Source: Pavona decussata
Lineage: Eukaryota
Assembly: GCA_977016875.1 (NCBI GenBank)
Contig: CDRNST010000004.1
Location: 868,001 to 932,000 of the forward strand
Reading direction: 5' to 3'
Length of the DNA: 64,000 bases
The position numbers and the translations under genes were made by a program. The notes beneath the pieces are model-generated. The model did no database searches, was not told the DNA's origin, and saw only the letters and a list, made by a program, of their open reading frames with translations. This document shows positions 52,302 through 64,000 of the stretch, piece by piece; positions within the stretch are counted from its first letter, which is position 1, and each line of letters begins with the position of its first letter.

Positions 52302-52876
52302 GGCATATTCTTGCTGCCATACACTTTAATTAAAACCTGGTGAGAGAAACAAAAACAAAGGCTGATGGATCTAGTCAGGTGAAGATGATGTATCCAAAAT
52401 TCAAGAATGGAGAAGCTACTGTGCGGGATATCAGGATATCGCCCAAATGTGGTGACTAAATTGTCTCCTCACTTTACTGTTAAGACTGGTTTGGATTATG
52501 TTATGCACTAGAATGCAAAGTACCATGCGAGAAAAGGTCTCAAGCCTTCACCTTTTTACTATAATGATCAAGGCAATTGTGCTTCAGGGTAAAGAAATGT
52601 AACAAACCTTACCCCTCTCCCACCCCACCCTCAAAGAAAGAAAAAAGGTCATTTTACTTTATACCTTCATTTAGAGTATGTTGAGGAAATATACTAGACC
52701 TTCGTGGAATCTGTCAAGACTGGTACTTCGCTAAGTGATGCTGCTAGAGATTTGAGAGAGATAACCCCCTTTCCTATGAACTCAATGCTAGAAAAGGAAA
52801 CTCCTGAAAGTGCATTGGATAAGAGAAAAAAAAGGAAAGAGATGGTTGTAAAAAACGTTCCTACAACAACACCATG
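52302..52876 (+). pseudogene. Kolobok-type transposase C-terminal exons
   Basis: RHILAAIHFN*NL..KADGSSQVKMMYPKFKNGEATVRDI, then after an intron (E)YVEEIY. AG/GT boundaries are visible. Confidence 0.65.
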
Positions 52877-53269
52877 TGAGTAAGGCTATATTTAGAATAA
52901 TCCAATTTATTCATCTGCATGTATTTTTACCCAGAAGGTTTCAACAAAAGCTGAAATTTCCAACCGCCCCAACGGTGATTTTCATCTGAAAAAGCTGAAA
53001 AAGGGGATCGAGCAAACCACGATCAGGCAACAATTATGCTTCAAATACTTACTCCCCTTCTGTGCCTGTCTGCTGGTACCTTCTTCCATCTTGTGTCTTA
53101 TATTTGGCTGCTGCAGATTGCAAGGACCACCGGTTTCAACACAATGGCGCGAAGCCAGGGTGTAGCGTAACACAGCCAGGAGGTGAGTCCAATTCTCATA
53201 GAACTAAGTCGCTGCTAAGCGACTACACGCAACCTTCAATTTCGTGGCAACACTGCTAGGATTACATAC

Positions 53270-53896
53270 CTTGTAATCCCCTCCGAAATGAAAATGTAGG
53301 TTTACTCTTCTACCATCAATGAGCATGTAGCCATCATCTATGAGGGTGTTTACAGCATCAATTACATTCTTGAGACCATCTGATAGTGTGCAATAGTCTT
53401 CAGGTCCCTTGACTACAGCAATGGTGTGGTTCCCTCTATTAAAAGAACAAAAATGAGGATGGCATCTCAAAGAATCATAAGTGATACTGATTTGGTGAGT
53501 AAAAATAAATATTTTAGGCAGTATTTTACGAAGTGAAAGGTGCTTAAAAAATAATTTTATTGTTTGATATTTATTGTAACACTGACAATGGATCATTAAT
53601 GCTCATCCGAAACATGTTTGAAGTAATCTAAATTATGTCTTTCAAAAGCATCATGTTGTATTTGAGAACCATTTTCTTTTACAAAGTCACCAAATGTCAA
53701 AACTCCATAGAGCACACATCATTAAATCTATAACATTATTATTATTTGTTCAGAATACCTGAATTGGACAGCATATGCTGGCCTTCCTCAAGCAGTGAAA
53801 ATGAACAAACAAACAGCGAACTGAGTGTGACATTCTGGCCCCATCCCCTGATATCTTGACCTTTACAGTTGTTTCTTCATCATGTGTGTTAGATAG
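53270..53896 (-). pseudogene. RAG1/Transib-related DDE transposase core, two exons (53759-53896, 53270-53433)
   Basis: VKVKISGDGARM (first Asp), then S|GNHTIAVVKGPEDY...FHFGGDYK (second Asp). A GT-AG phase-1 intron joins them. Confidence 0.7.
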
Positions 53897-54129
53897 CTGT
53901 AATTATGAGACAAAAAAAAAAAAAAAATCAGGGATTATTCAAAACTAAAGTTAAAAGTGCTAGCTAATAGTGTGTTTAAGATAATGTATACCTAGGAAAT
54001 TGTCCTTTGTACTTACACATTTGCTTAATTCCTTTTCCAATAGAACCTTGAATGGGTTTATTTCTTACGAAAAAAGAATAATACAGTGTAAGCATTTAGA
54101 TATTAAAAAAGTCCCTTGAAGCACTGCAT

Positions 54130-55450
54130 TTACGTGTCATAAGCTGATTGGCGAGGTCAATGTAGACTAGGCCCCAATGGTTCACCATGAAGCCTGGTAC
54201 CAGTATTTGTTTCAGGTTTTCAAAACTTTGCTAATTGAGAAGCTTTAGCTGCCAACTGTCTAACTTTGAACGCCTTGTCACCAGTTTCCATCCACTGAAA
54301 AAATTCATTTGGCATGTACAACGTCTTGTCCTTTCCTTTAGTGTCAGCCTCCTTAATGTACTTGCCAATGCATGTGTCAATAACAAAGCTGTCAATGTAA
54401 CTTGCTTTACAAAGATCGCTGAAGGAAATTACATCAATGGCTTTTTTTCAGAGCGCAGAACTGGTTTAGATTTTGGCCTCTTGCATAGGACGTCTTGAAG
54501 AACTGCTAGTTCTCCTGGTGTGGATGTTACTTGTGGAAGCCATCGCGCTTCTGAGGTTACTTTATGTCTTGTCTCGGACATAAAAACAAAACTTGTTCAG
54601 AACTGACAAACCCTGTCCAGAGAAGTGGCCTATGCCTCTAATAGTAACACTCATTGGATTACGCCCTTTTTTTTCTCTTATCCTTGAAGAGCTTTTCTGC
54701 TTGTTTAACAGTGGTTTCACATGGACGCTGGACAAGACAGCATGGATCAGAGTAGACCATACAATTCCATGTGACTTCTGCATGTGAGGAAAGAACAGAA
54801 CTAGTGATAGATGACTCCACTTGGGGTAGTAAAGTGGCCAGTGCAGCTAGTTCAGCTCTGGTTTCAGCAGTTGACATGGCAGACAACAGCTGTGAACCCT
54901 GGTGCAAGTTGTCATCACTTTGACTGCTTGTTTGCATTTGGTCTCCTTCACATTCTTCAATTTCAATAACCTCTGCAGAAGGTTCAGAGGTAGGGGACAC
55001 AACACTACTGGTAGGCATACATGTACTTGGGGTGATTTTGGGTGCACTGATTGCAGATTTGGTATCATGGAAGGCAAGCTTTTTCGCAGCATGATGTTGT
55101 ACAGGTATACACATTGCTGCTGTGTCCCTTTGTTGCTGGAGAACAAGCTCTTCCTCCACATATCCTGATAATTCCTCTCCCACTCTTCATGATTATACTC
55201 CAGAAGTTTTCAGACGTTCTTTTCATGGACAGCTTTACCTTTATCTGTATCACACGAGTATGATAAAAAGTCATTTCCAAATAAGTCACAGTAATTGGTC
55301 AATGGTCAAAATCCAATCTTGTTTCTACTTTGACCAGGCACTGGTATTAACTGGTTTACAGCCACACCCACGAAAAGTAAAATGTTTCTTTCCTGTGACG
55401 TAATAAGATGCAAACCACGCAGTTACATAATGAAGAAGTTTCTGATGTTC
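54130..55450 (-). pseudogene. Ulp1/C48 SUMO-protease-like ORF remnant (transposon cargo)
   Basis: YIDSFVIDTCI, LYMPNEFFQW, LKQILVPGFMVNHWGLVYIDL (HW motif). The catalytic Cys region is missing. Confidence 0.65.
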
Positions 55451-55711
55451 CTTTAACGGTACAAAGTAATAAAGCATTTGTATAGATTTTCATATACACT
55501 GTACAGTATGTGATTAATAGACCTGGGCACCAGGGGACAGAAGGAGGTTCACCCAAAGGAAACTATTATGGAGATGCACACTGGAGAGGGAACAGCAGTG
55601 GATGGTTTAAGATCTTGGGCAGAGGCCATCACTACTGCACAGGACAGAGATTTTTTAGAAGCTAATTCCATGCCCTAATCCAAAAGTAGGAAAAATGAAC
55701 TGATGACGACA

Positions 55712-55950
55712 ATGCAAAAATTACAGAGATTTAACGCGCGACGTTTCGGAGTCATCTTGACTCCATTATCAAGAGAAAAAATCAGTTTGTGAACGCGGAT
55801 TTTTAAATAGGCCAGAGCTGAAAATTAACATATTAATATGTTAACACATATGTTCTGGTTTCAGTTTGCATATGAATAGCATCTCATGAATGAGACAATC
55901 AAATTTGCTGGTGCATTTCGCAAGTATGTGAAACCGTTCTATAAAACGCT
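55712..55950 (-). mobile_element. Second copy of the PLE 3' end seen at 568-842
   Basis: Near-identical atgcaaaaattacagagattta...gacgtttcggagtcatcttgactccattatcaagag... with an internal deletion. It abuts the BEL element. Confidence 0.9.
55737..55775 (-). ncRNA. Minimal hammerhead ribozyme, second copy of 593-631
   Basis: Same UUGAUAA / GGAGUC:GACUCC / GAAACGUC core. Stem I is CUC/GCG, with one mismatch. Confidence 0.7.
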
Positions 55951-58005
55951 AGTAGACTTAATACATTTCTTTTTGTTGCTTCCAACCCCTTAGCCTTGTT
56001 GGCTATATGCTGAAAGTTGAAATGAAGGGTATCGTTTTCACAATCCCGAGCTAGACCCAACACCTTCTCTCCCTTCGTTCCACCCTGGGGTTCTAGTTTC
56101 GACTTGGCATAAGTCTCTTCGTCCTCGAGTCTACCCACTTCCCGGGTTGTTTTGTTTCTCTCGCATGTGCTGATCATTTCCCTTAGTCCCAGGTCATTGG
56201 TCTTCCACTTTCTCAGGGTAAATCCCCCCTTGGCCATTCGCTCCCTTGCGTTCTTGTAAAGGGTAAAGGTTTTATCAACTGTTCGTTCCCCAGTCACTAA
56301 ATCATTTACATAGAATCCCTCCATCATTCTTTTCACAAATTCAGGGTCTACTTCTGCATAGGTAGCCAGATGGTGTCTTATCGTCCCATTCAACAAAAAG
56401 GGTGAGGCATTTAACCCAAAAAGGACGCGATAAAACCTGTACACTGCAACACTCAAATTACTGTCACGCATGTCTTCAACCCACAAAAACCTCAAACTAT
56501 CGCGATCTTCTGGTTCCACAGCTACATTCAAAAATGCCTTTTCAATGTCCCCCAGTAGTGCAATTTTGTTCTCCCTAAACCTTACAAGAATATCGAATAA
56601 GAAGGGATTCAGTGATGGCCCCGTATGTAAACAGTCATTTAGGGAGGTCCCATTCTTGGTTTGTTTCGACGAAGCGTTGTAGACAATCCTTAGCTTCGTG
56701 GTCTCTGCATCCCTATGAATAACTGCATAGTGGGGTAAATAATGGACGTTCCCACCCGGCTTTTCCAATTCGGACACTTTTTTCGATCACCCCTGCGCTT
56801 AGCTGTTCCTTTATGATCGAATCGTATTCGTTCGAAACTTCTGGTTCTCTCTTTAGTCTCTTCAGCTGACCTTTCATGCGCGACACGCTGTTTGCAAAAT
56901 TACTCGGAAGGGGGTCATGCCCTAGTTTCCACAGTAGCTTGACCGAGTACCTCCCCTCTAAAAATTCTATTTCGTTCTCGAACGATTCATGCACTTCGTT
57001 GCTACTTTTTATGCCTAAACTTTCTAGATCCCACAATCTGCTAACTTCACGGTCTAAACTAGCTTTGTCTAGACCTGCACTGTCTTGCGATATAAGTTTA
57101 CTGACACTTCCTGAACACTCGCTTCGCTAAATTCATATCGCCTTTTTAGGGGACCCGATAACACCCATCCCAGTTCAGTTTCTATAGTGACGGGCTCCTC
57201 CTACTCCCCCCGTACCGTTCGACCACTTTGAAATTCCCACAAGTAGTCCGCACCTTTTAGCAGGCCAATTTCGAGCTCTTCTTTAGATTGACAGACGTCA
57301 GAAAACCAAAGGTCACGCAAGTGCGGGAAGTCGTTTTTGACAACCTCAACATGCTCGTTGCTTATGTGTGAGGTTTCTGGCACAACATAAGTTTCGAGCG
57401 CCTGCACACGACTGCCACGAAGAGGCTTTATGTCAAAACGTACAACATCTCGCAGCCCTGATTCTTTGCCTTTCTGGCCAAAAGTACTAATCGTGATCCA
57501 TTCCTTTCTTTCTACGGGTAACTCGTATTTGAGAGCCGCTTTAGCAGTCACAAAAGATCGATGACTTCCAGAGTCAAACAAAACTCTAACCCTCCCTTGC
57601 GAACCCCCCTTAAGGAATGTTTGGGCTGTCTGGAGGGCTATTCTACATTCAGTACCCACAAGTTGAGCGCTGATGTTATTCCCGGGCCGATCGCCATTAC
57701 CTCCCGTTAGTCTATCTTGATTCCCCCCCCCTCCCCCCAAGGCCTGTGGTTTGGCCATGCACCAACAAGAATTATGTTGTCCCTTACATAATTTACATTC
57801 TATTGTTACTTTTAGGACTGTGTGCCGCTTAACAAGTTCAACTTTCTTCTCAGCTTCATAGCTGTTTAGGCACTCGTCAACATCAGGAAGGACTCCCGTT
57901 AGAAATCCTCGATGGCCTGCTCTAACTTTCCTCTTGGACATTCTTTAATCCGGCTATCGATGGACCAGATTTGCAGAATTCTTTTAACCCCGCTCCGCTG
58001 GTTCA
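55951..58005 (-). mobile_element. BEL/Pao element (deleted gag, protease, RT)
   Basis: MSKRKVRAGHRG, RVLFDSGSHRSFVT, HYLPH.AV, TTKLRIVY, SLNDCLHTGP, DIEKAFL, FGLNASPFLL, FYVNDL, LRKWKTN, KVLGL. Confidence 0.92.
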
Positions 58006-58759
58006 AAGAAATCAAGAGGACTGTATCTTTCGTTGTAACAACATGATCTAATCCAATCCGACAATCTACTGCTATGTACAATTCTCACATATTCAACGTT
58101 CGTAACTCAACGATCAACTAAAACATTCTAAGTATACAGTGGTTCTTCTACTAGCCTTGCGCAAGGCAGTATTTTTACATTAATCACATGTACAGTAAAA
58201 GTTCCCATCGTAATGTATCTAAATTAAGTGTCTATTACAAACTCGCACGTTCTTTCACCTTATTTAGCCTACGAAAATGCATGCAGTTACATCATTTTAT
58301 ATCGTAAATATACTCTGACTTTGTCTACATTGTGAAATCTAATGTCACGAAATCTAACTTCTTTGCACTACAAATGTCAATTTCTAATTAATATTTAAGC
58401 ACAGAATAATCAAGTTAAGCATCACCTATTTCTTTCCCAACAACATTTAGCTATCATGAATAGTGGTCAACATAGTGCTTACCAAAGACAATGCAGTCCC
58501 TAGCTTGACGAAAGGGATGTCTCAAGAATAGTAGCATTGTTGCGAACCAGTGTGTAAGAATTTGATCCACTTGAATTGTTGCAAATAAACAAAATTAATA
58601 TATATGCAAGTATTTTCTAATGCAGTCGATAAAAATGAAGGGATGCCTGTAATAAGACTACTGGTCCATTAGGCTGCACTTATGGCGTTCATTACTGCTC
58701 AAAACACTTTGAGCACATTTTGGACGTGCAAACACGTCCAGGAGGTCATATTACTGTCA

Positions 58760-59092
58760 CAAATATTACGCCGTAAAATTTACGACGTAATCATTGCGCA
58801 TCATGTCAACGTCTTGTGAATGTCATATACACGTGTCAACAAAACACGCTGTTAATTTTATTTCATCATTTTACGACGTAAAATTCAAAGCGCATATTAT
58901 TCACGTTGCGATCGCACGACGTAAACTTATCATCGCGTAAAATTACATCGTAAAATCTCGACGTAATATTACGGAGTTCATTCACTGAATCTGAAGGTAA
59001 AATTACAATGTTTGTTGTATTAAGAGTACGACGTAAAAGTATCACGCTCAATTTAGTGAGTAATTTCACGTCGTAATTATTACGTCGTAAAC
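58760..59092. repeat. Cluster of TTACGACGTAA-like motifs in both orientations
   Basis: About ten variants of tacgacgtaa / ttacgtcgta within ~330 bp. Confidence 0.75.
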
Positions 59093-59113
59093 TTCATAAG
59101 TTAAAATCAGTGT

Positions 59114-59355
59114 CATTCTGAATGTTTAATAAGTTAACATTCTCAATGTCTAATAAGTTAACATTCTGAATATTTAATAAGTTAACATTCTCAATGTCTA
59201 ATAAGTTGACATTCTGAATGTTTAATAAGTTAACATTCTCAATGTCTAATAAGTTAACATTTGGAATGTTTAATAAGTTATCATTCTCAATGTCTAATAA
59301 GTTAACATTTGGAATGTTTGATAAGTTAACATTCTCAATGTTTAATAAGTTAACA
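59114..59355. repeat. 24-bp minisatellite, ~10 units, alternating as a 48-bp dimer
   Basis: cattctgaatgtttaataagttaa alternates with cattctcaatgtctaataagttaa. Confidence 0.95.
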
Positions 59356-59728
59356 GTTTGAGTGAATCATTTTCAGTTCGCCGCATTTCAAATCAAGGCT
59401 ACAAAACGCGCAACGGACCTTCATAGAACAAACGATATGTACATCTATTATAATGATAGACATCGAAACATCAACAATGCTACTGAGTACAAGATCATAA
59501 TTGACATGAAATGGCGCCTAATTGATTATTATTTACAGGGGAATAGAAGGCTGCAAAGCGCACAACGGACCTTAGCTTCATAGAAGAAATTAAATGTGTA
59601 AGCGATATTCAACTATAAGGAGAAGAGTGTTTTATTGGAAAAACTTCCTTTTTTGGAAAAACTTCCTTTTTGGAACCAGATCAAAACACAAGAAACTTCA
59701 TAACTGAAACGAAATGGCGCCTTATTGG

Positions 59729-60690
59729 TATTTACATGGAAATAAAAATTAAATGTTATTTATTTTACAATTATAATTGCGAAAAATCAAACTATTTTTA
59801 GAGCATGTATCTAAAGTTACTATAAACAATTATGTACAAAAAGAACGAAATTTCTAAGTTGCAGGACAATCTTTTGTTGTCCGAAATGAACACCTGGTTT
59901 TCACTAGATACGCCGTAGTTCTTATCTTATTATACTAAATTTCAGTTAAAGCCGGCCAAGCGTTCCCGTCGTTAATGGATAATTTTTTCCAATAATTGTA
60001 TCAGTTGGTGTACAGAAATAAAGGCTAAGTGAACATCACAGATTTATTGGGCGCTCGGTCTAGTCTTACACGTTTTGAGAGCGAGGGCAGCCCCGGGAGC
60101 CATGCCACAGCCAGGCGACTCTCACTCCTGAAAGTGTTTGCAAAGGATGAATGGGAAAGAAGGAACAAAGCCTCCCAAAAGGAGAAGGACGGATTCCAGA
60201 GACGAGGGGGCTCCGAGAGCACGGGCCACAGCCAAGCCCCCACCCCCCCCCCCCCCCCCCCCCCCCCGCTTCCTCTCCTCCCTCCTTCTCCAGGAAAACC
60301 CAGACGAGAACTACAATAATCTCGTGGTATCCAATCGATGGAATCGATAATTCATGACAATCGATATCAATCGATACCCAATCGATAGATTAATTGGTTT
60401 CGATTGGTTGCAGATTGACGGCACCGGAATCGACGCATAAAAAACTAGGTATCAATTTCGGGCAACAAAGAATCGTCCTGCAAAAAAGAAATTTTGTCCT
60501 TATTGTACATAATTATTTTATTTACATGGAAATAAAAATTAGATGTTATTTATTTTGCACTTCTAATTGCGAAAAATGTCAAACTATTTCTTAAAAATGT
60601 ATCTAAAGATTGTGTACAATAAAAACAAATTGCTATGTTGCAGGACAATCCTTTGTTGTCTGAAATTAACTCCTGGTTTTCAACAAATCG
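59729..60690. repeat. ~170-bp direct repeats (59729-59903, 60520-60684); the second has an inverted partner at ~60430-60483
   Basis: tatttacatggaaataaaaatt...gttgcaggacaatc.tttgttgtc.gaaat occurs twice. gggcaacaaagaatcgtcctgcaa is the inverted arm. Confidence 0.75.
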
Positions 60691-60729
60691 ACGGCAGATT
60701 TCTATCGTCTATACTCTTTTATAAAAACT

Positions 60730-61110
60730 GAATCATTGTATAATGTAATTCGAGGGATTTGATTGGCTTAGCGGTCATGGTATATGAGCCATTATACCAT
60801 GACCGAGAAATGGCGACCATTTCTTGCCTTCTGGTTGTTCTTGCACAGTGAAATCAGTAAGATGTAGCAATATTTGTTGATTGTTTTTAATAAAACAATT
60901 ATTCCACTCGTGCTTGTTGGATATGATATGATTATAGCCAACTCGGCGCTATGCGCTCGTGGAATAATTGTTAAATAGACCATACTATGACGTCATAAAA
61001 TGTTCAAAACTCAAGTGGAGCCGCAGGCGAGTGGTTTCACTGCCAAGTTGTGGACATTTTATGGCGTCCTTTTATGGTTTTATAAGACTGTAGACCATAG
61101 AAAACTGCCA
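60730..61110. repeat. Adjacent interspersed palindromic repeats/MITE-like elements
   Basis: aacaattattccac...gtggaataattgtt and gacgtcataaaatgttc...gacattttatggcgtc inverted arms. Confidence 0.55.
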
Positions 61111-61628
61111 TCGATTTGTTTTTTTACACTAACATGGAAAAAGTACGGGCGGAATTGGCTTTTTTTTTTCGTTGAGAAAGTGCGCGCGTTACATCTGACG
61201 TCAATTTGGATAGTTATAGTAAAAAAATCTTTTGAGCAAATATGGCCGACTATTTATGGCCTCCTGAAATAACACTCATTGTGACAACGTAACAATCTAC
61301 GTTCATCCTCCAGGATACAATACAAATAACACATTGAAAGGTGGTGACTGCATTAGGTCAGTTCAGAATATAAGCAACCCTTACTTTTTCCAGTAAACAA
61401 CTAGAAGACTCTTGCTTTAGTTTTCGTAAGATATTAAAATTGAAGTTTGAAACGAGGTAGGGGAATAAAACAACATATTTTTATATTTCTCTTTACATGT
61501 GCCTTCGAGATGAGTGATAATTGTTTTGTTTTACTCCCCTAAGCCTTGTTTACAAGCTAGAATTTTAACATATCGAGATTGGTCTATCAAAAAGAAAAAA
61601 AAAAACAAAAAACGAGGGAGGAACCTCT

Positions 61629-63763
61629 CTACTGAAGCAGCTGGATGGTCACTTGGATGTTGAGCGCTCCATCTCCGTCCACATAGCGCGCCTTCACCTC
61701 GTCCAACGGTAGAAATTCCTCCCATCCCAAAGGATCCTCCTGCTGAAGCCACTGTTTTTGTGGTGTTCGTTTCACAAGCACCTCCCTGCCATTCCGCAGT
61801 GCAACACTGTCATATGTAAAATATACCCAGAATATTGGCTTTTATAACAATGTATTTCAACGNNNNNNNNNNNNNNNNNNNNNNNNNNNNNNNNNNNNNN
61901 NNNNNNNNNNNNNNNNNNNNNNNNNNNNNNNNNNNNNNNNNNNNNNNNNNNNNNNNNNNNNNNNNNNNNNNNNNNNNNNNNNNNNNNNNNNNNNNNNNNN
62001 NNNNNNNNNTTCGGGAATTGTTTACTCAAAAAATGGAAAAGGGTTTAGTTACACAGGTCCTAGCATTAAAAGAAGCATACTTTAGATTGAGGCAAAGAGG
62101 AGTTGTCCCTTGACTGGAAACGAACACCCCCATGCCCCCGGCGGCAGACATCTTTGGCACCAAAATTGCTCTCAAAGATGAGAATAATGGACTTTTGATG
62201 CCCACCGCCGGGTGCATGTTATCGGCCAAATTTCTAAAATTAGGAACTTTCTAAGTAAAGGTCATCGCTTGGGATGGTTTTAGTGTTGGTGGCACCTGAA
62301 ATTACAACGTAATCGCCATTATTATTCAGTTTGACAATATAACACTCAATGTAACTTTTTCACCAAAATAATATAGATACTTTACTGCATTTTGTAACTT
62401 ACATTATTGAAAATGGTCGACATTCTGTTGACCATCAGCAAGTCCACGTGGGCTGTTGCCTCCCTTGTCAAATGACCCGCTAGTTTCTCCCGTCTAACTT
62501 TCTCTTTGCAAGTTGACACTGTACAGTCCACAAAGGCCCGCTGACAGGCTAAAGCAATGTGCCCATTCAATTGCACCCTGTGAAAATGATTGATACCTAT
62601 GTTACCACACAGAGCCACTATTGCACGAGATGTTCTTCGTGTTGTACTGTTTAGATGTTCAAAATAGGGTTAACCAGGCTGGAGATCTATAACTTTAACA
62701 AATACAATGAATTAAAACAGTTCACTGTAGTCGTGTGATGAGGCCCCCTATAACATCTATGAATGTCGGAAAGTAACTACTGTTTTCAATTCCAAAATGA
62801 CCATTCAAAGTTTAATTTCTAAGTTTCAATATTAAAGAAACAACACAAAAGAAAATAAATTGGCAAAAAATTGATGTTGTCTTCTCTCCAGATGCTGTAT
62901 AAGTGTTTGTTTTTTTGTTTTGTTTTGTTTTATTTATTTTATTTTATTTTTTTTTGGCAAAAATGTATGGTCTACCTTGACAAAATTACCGTGCAAACGG
63001 TCTACAATATAGAGATTTAGAATTACTTTCACGGCAAATGGCAAATGACAATGGATATGTTTATCTGTGTTTGCCGCTCATTGTTTACATTTCATAGGCG
63101 AACCTAGAAAAAAAATTTGTGTAAGTGTTAAAGGTCAGAATTATTTCCATTATCCTCATCTACGAACTAGGTTTTTTTTTGGTTAATTTTTTTATTTGCT
63201 TTTTGTTTTTAACATGAACGCAAATCTATTCAACGTTTGCTGTTTGCCGTAAATTCGATTCTCAATCTCTACTAATAATTGATACACACCGAGGTATTGC
63301 ACCATGGTTGCAATTGAAGGGGCACATTACCGGTGCCCATCGACATCCGTAATTCTGGCGGGCATCTTGTTGACTTATGGGAAGCTGAATACCACAATGT
63401 GGGCAGTTTTCTGGCCTCATATTACATGTGGCCAGATGTGGATTCAGCTCCCCACGAACTACCACCACGCCACAGCCAGGGTGTGTACACTGCAAGGGCT
63501 CCTTTAGACACTCCCGTCTGTGGATGTTTATCCTGTCCAGGGCACCAGTCCACAAACAACCCGAATCTTTTCGGGGGCAGAAAACCTGCATAGACTCAAC
63601 CACCCTGTCGAAAGCAATTATGTTCCTCAAGTCTGAGGCTTGTAGGGATTGTGTTCCGACAGGGCAGCTGCCGTTGTTATGGGTATTAACCCAACGGTCT
63701 ATGCAAGTTTTACAGAAAAGATGACCCTCTTTACAGGCCACAGCCTCCTTGATGACGTAGCAG
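61629..63763 (-). pseudogene. TRAF-like gene (RING - TRAF zinc fingers - MATH), four visible exons, in-frame stop; first exon outside the window
   Basis: Exons 63290-63763, 62403-62577, 62081-62295 and 61629-61806 are GT-AG and phase-compatible (2,0,2). Motifs: CKEGHLFCKTCI..CPV; VFCP..GCLWTG..H..C; MTFT*KVPNF..SPLF; LGWEEFLPL..YVDGDGALNIQVTI. TAG at 62251-62253. Confidence 0.85.
61863..62010. other. Assembly gap (148 N) inside a TRAF-like intron
   Basis: Run of N. Confidence 1.
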
Positions 63764-64000
63764 CTTTAAAAGAGAAAGAGAGAATTTTTTTATTCCTTTG
63801 TGTTAAAACACACTTGAAGGTAAATTACATTAACCGACATTAAAAACGTATTTAAAAACCCACCCACACCAGTTTTAGCCGTATTACAAATATTGGTTTG
63901 TTAGAACGTATTTTTTTTTCCTCAGACTGAGGCTGAACTTTCTTAAAAATTTTTAAGGTGTCCCTGTCTCCCTTGAGTTTTTTTAATAGCTCCCAAGCGC

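Noticed and set aside
53000-55500. Complete ProtoRAG (RAG1L plus RAG2L) locus
   Set aside because: No kelch/PHD RAG2-like ORF or RSS-like TIRs were seen. The neighbouring ORF is Ulp1-like.
59114-59355. CRISPR-like array
   Set aside because: Contiguous tandem units with no unique spacers, no cas genes, and a eukaryotic context.
60029-60357. Proline-rich protein ORFs
   Set aside because: The polyproline arises from a poly-C run in all frames; no recognisable domain.
61772-62113. ORFs spanning X residues
   Set aside because: Artefacts of the N gap within an intron.
60-64000. The many 60-130 aa ORFs antisense to or overlapping TE remnants
   Set aside because: Shadow ORFs with non-ATG starts and no motifs. 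A bacterial-style ORF track does not suit spliced, decayed eukaryotic DNA.

Overview
AT-rich eukaryotic (metazoan) DNA. The repeat families look like those of a cnidarian, probably a stony coral (inference from recalled repeat motifs, not a search). Most ORF-track entries are spurious or are pieces of decayed genes. The window is a dense graveyard of degenerate, nested transposon fragments: AcademX, Penelope-like elements (with three minimal hammerhead ribozymes), ISL2EU-type SAP-SWIM-YqaJ, Kolobok, Harbinger, hAT, CACTA-like, piggyBac, BEL/Pao, Gypsy, LINE, a RAG1/Transib-like core, Ulp1 and OTU cargo, and many MITEs. It ends in a spliced TRAF-like gene (RING, zinc fingers, MATH) with disabling changes. 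The most striking large-scale signal is orientation: by hand count about 24 of 30 orientable TE fragments from unrelated superfamilies lie on the minus strand, as expected for a uni-strand (flamenco-like) piRNA cluster transcribed from the plus strand. All calls come from manual reading and translation. Boundaries without TSD or splice evidence are approximate.
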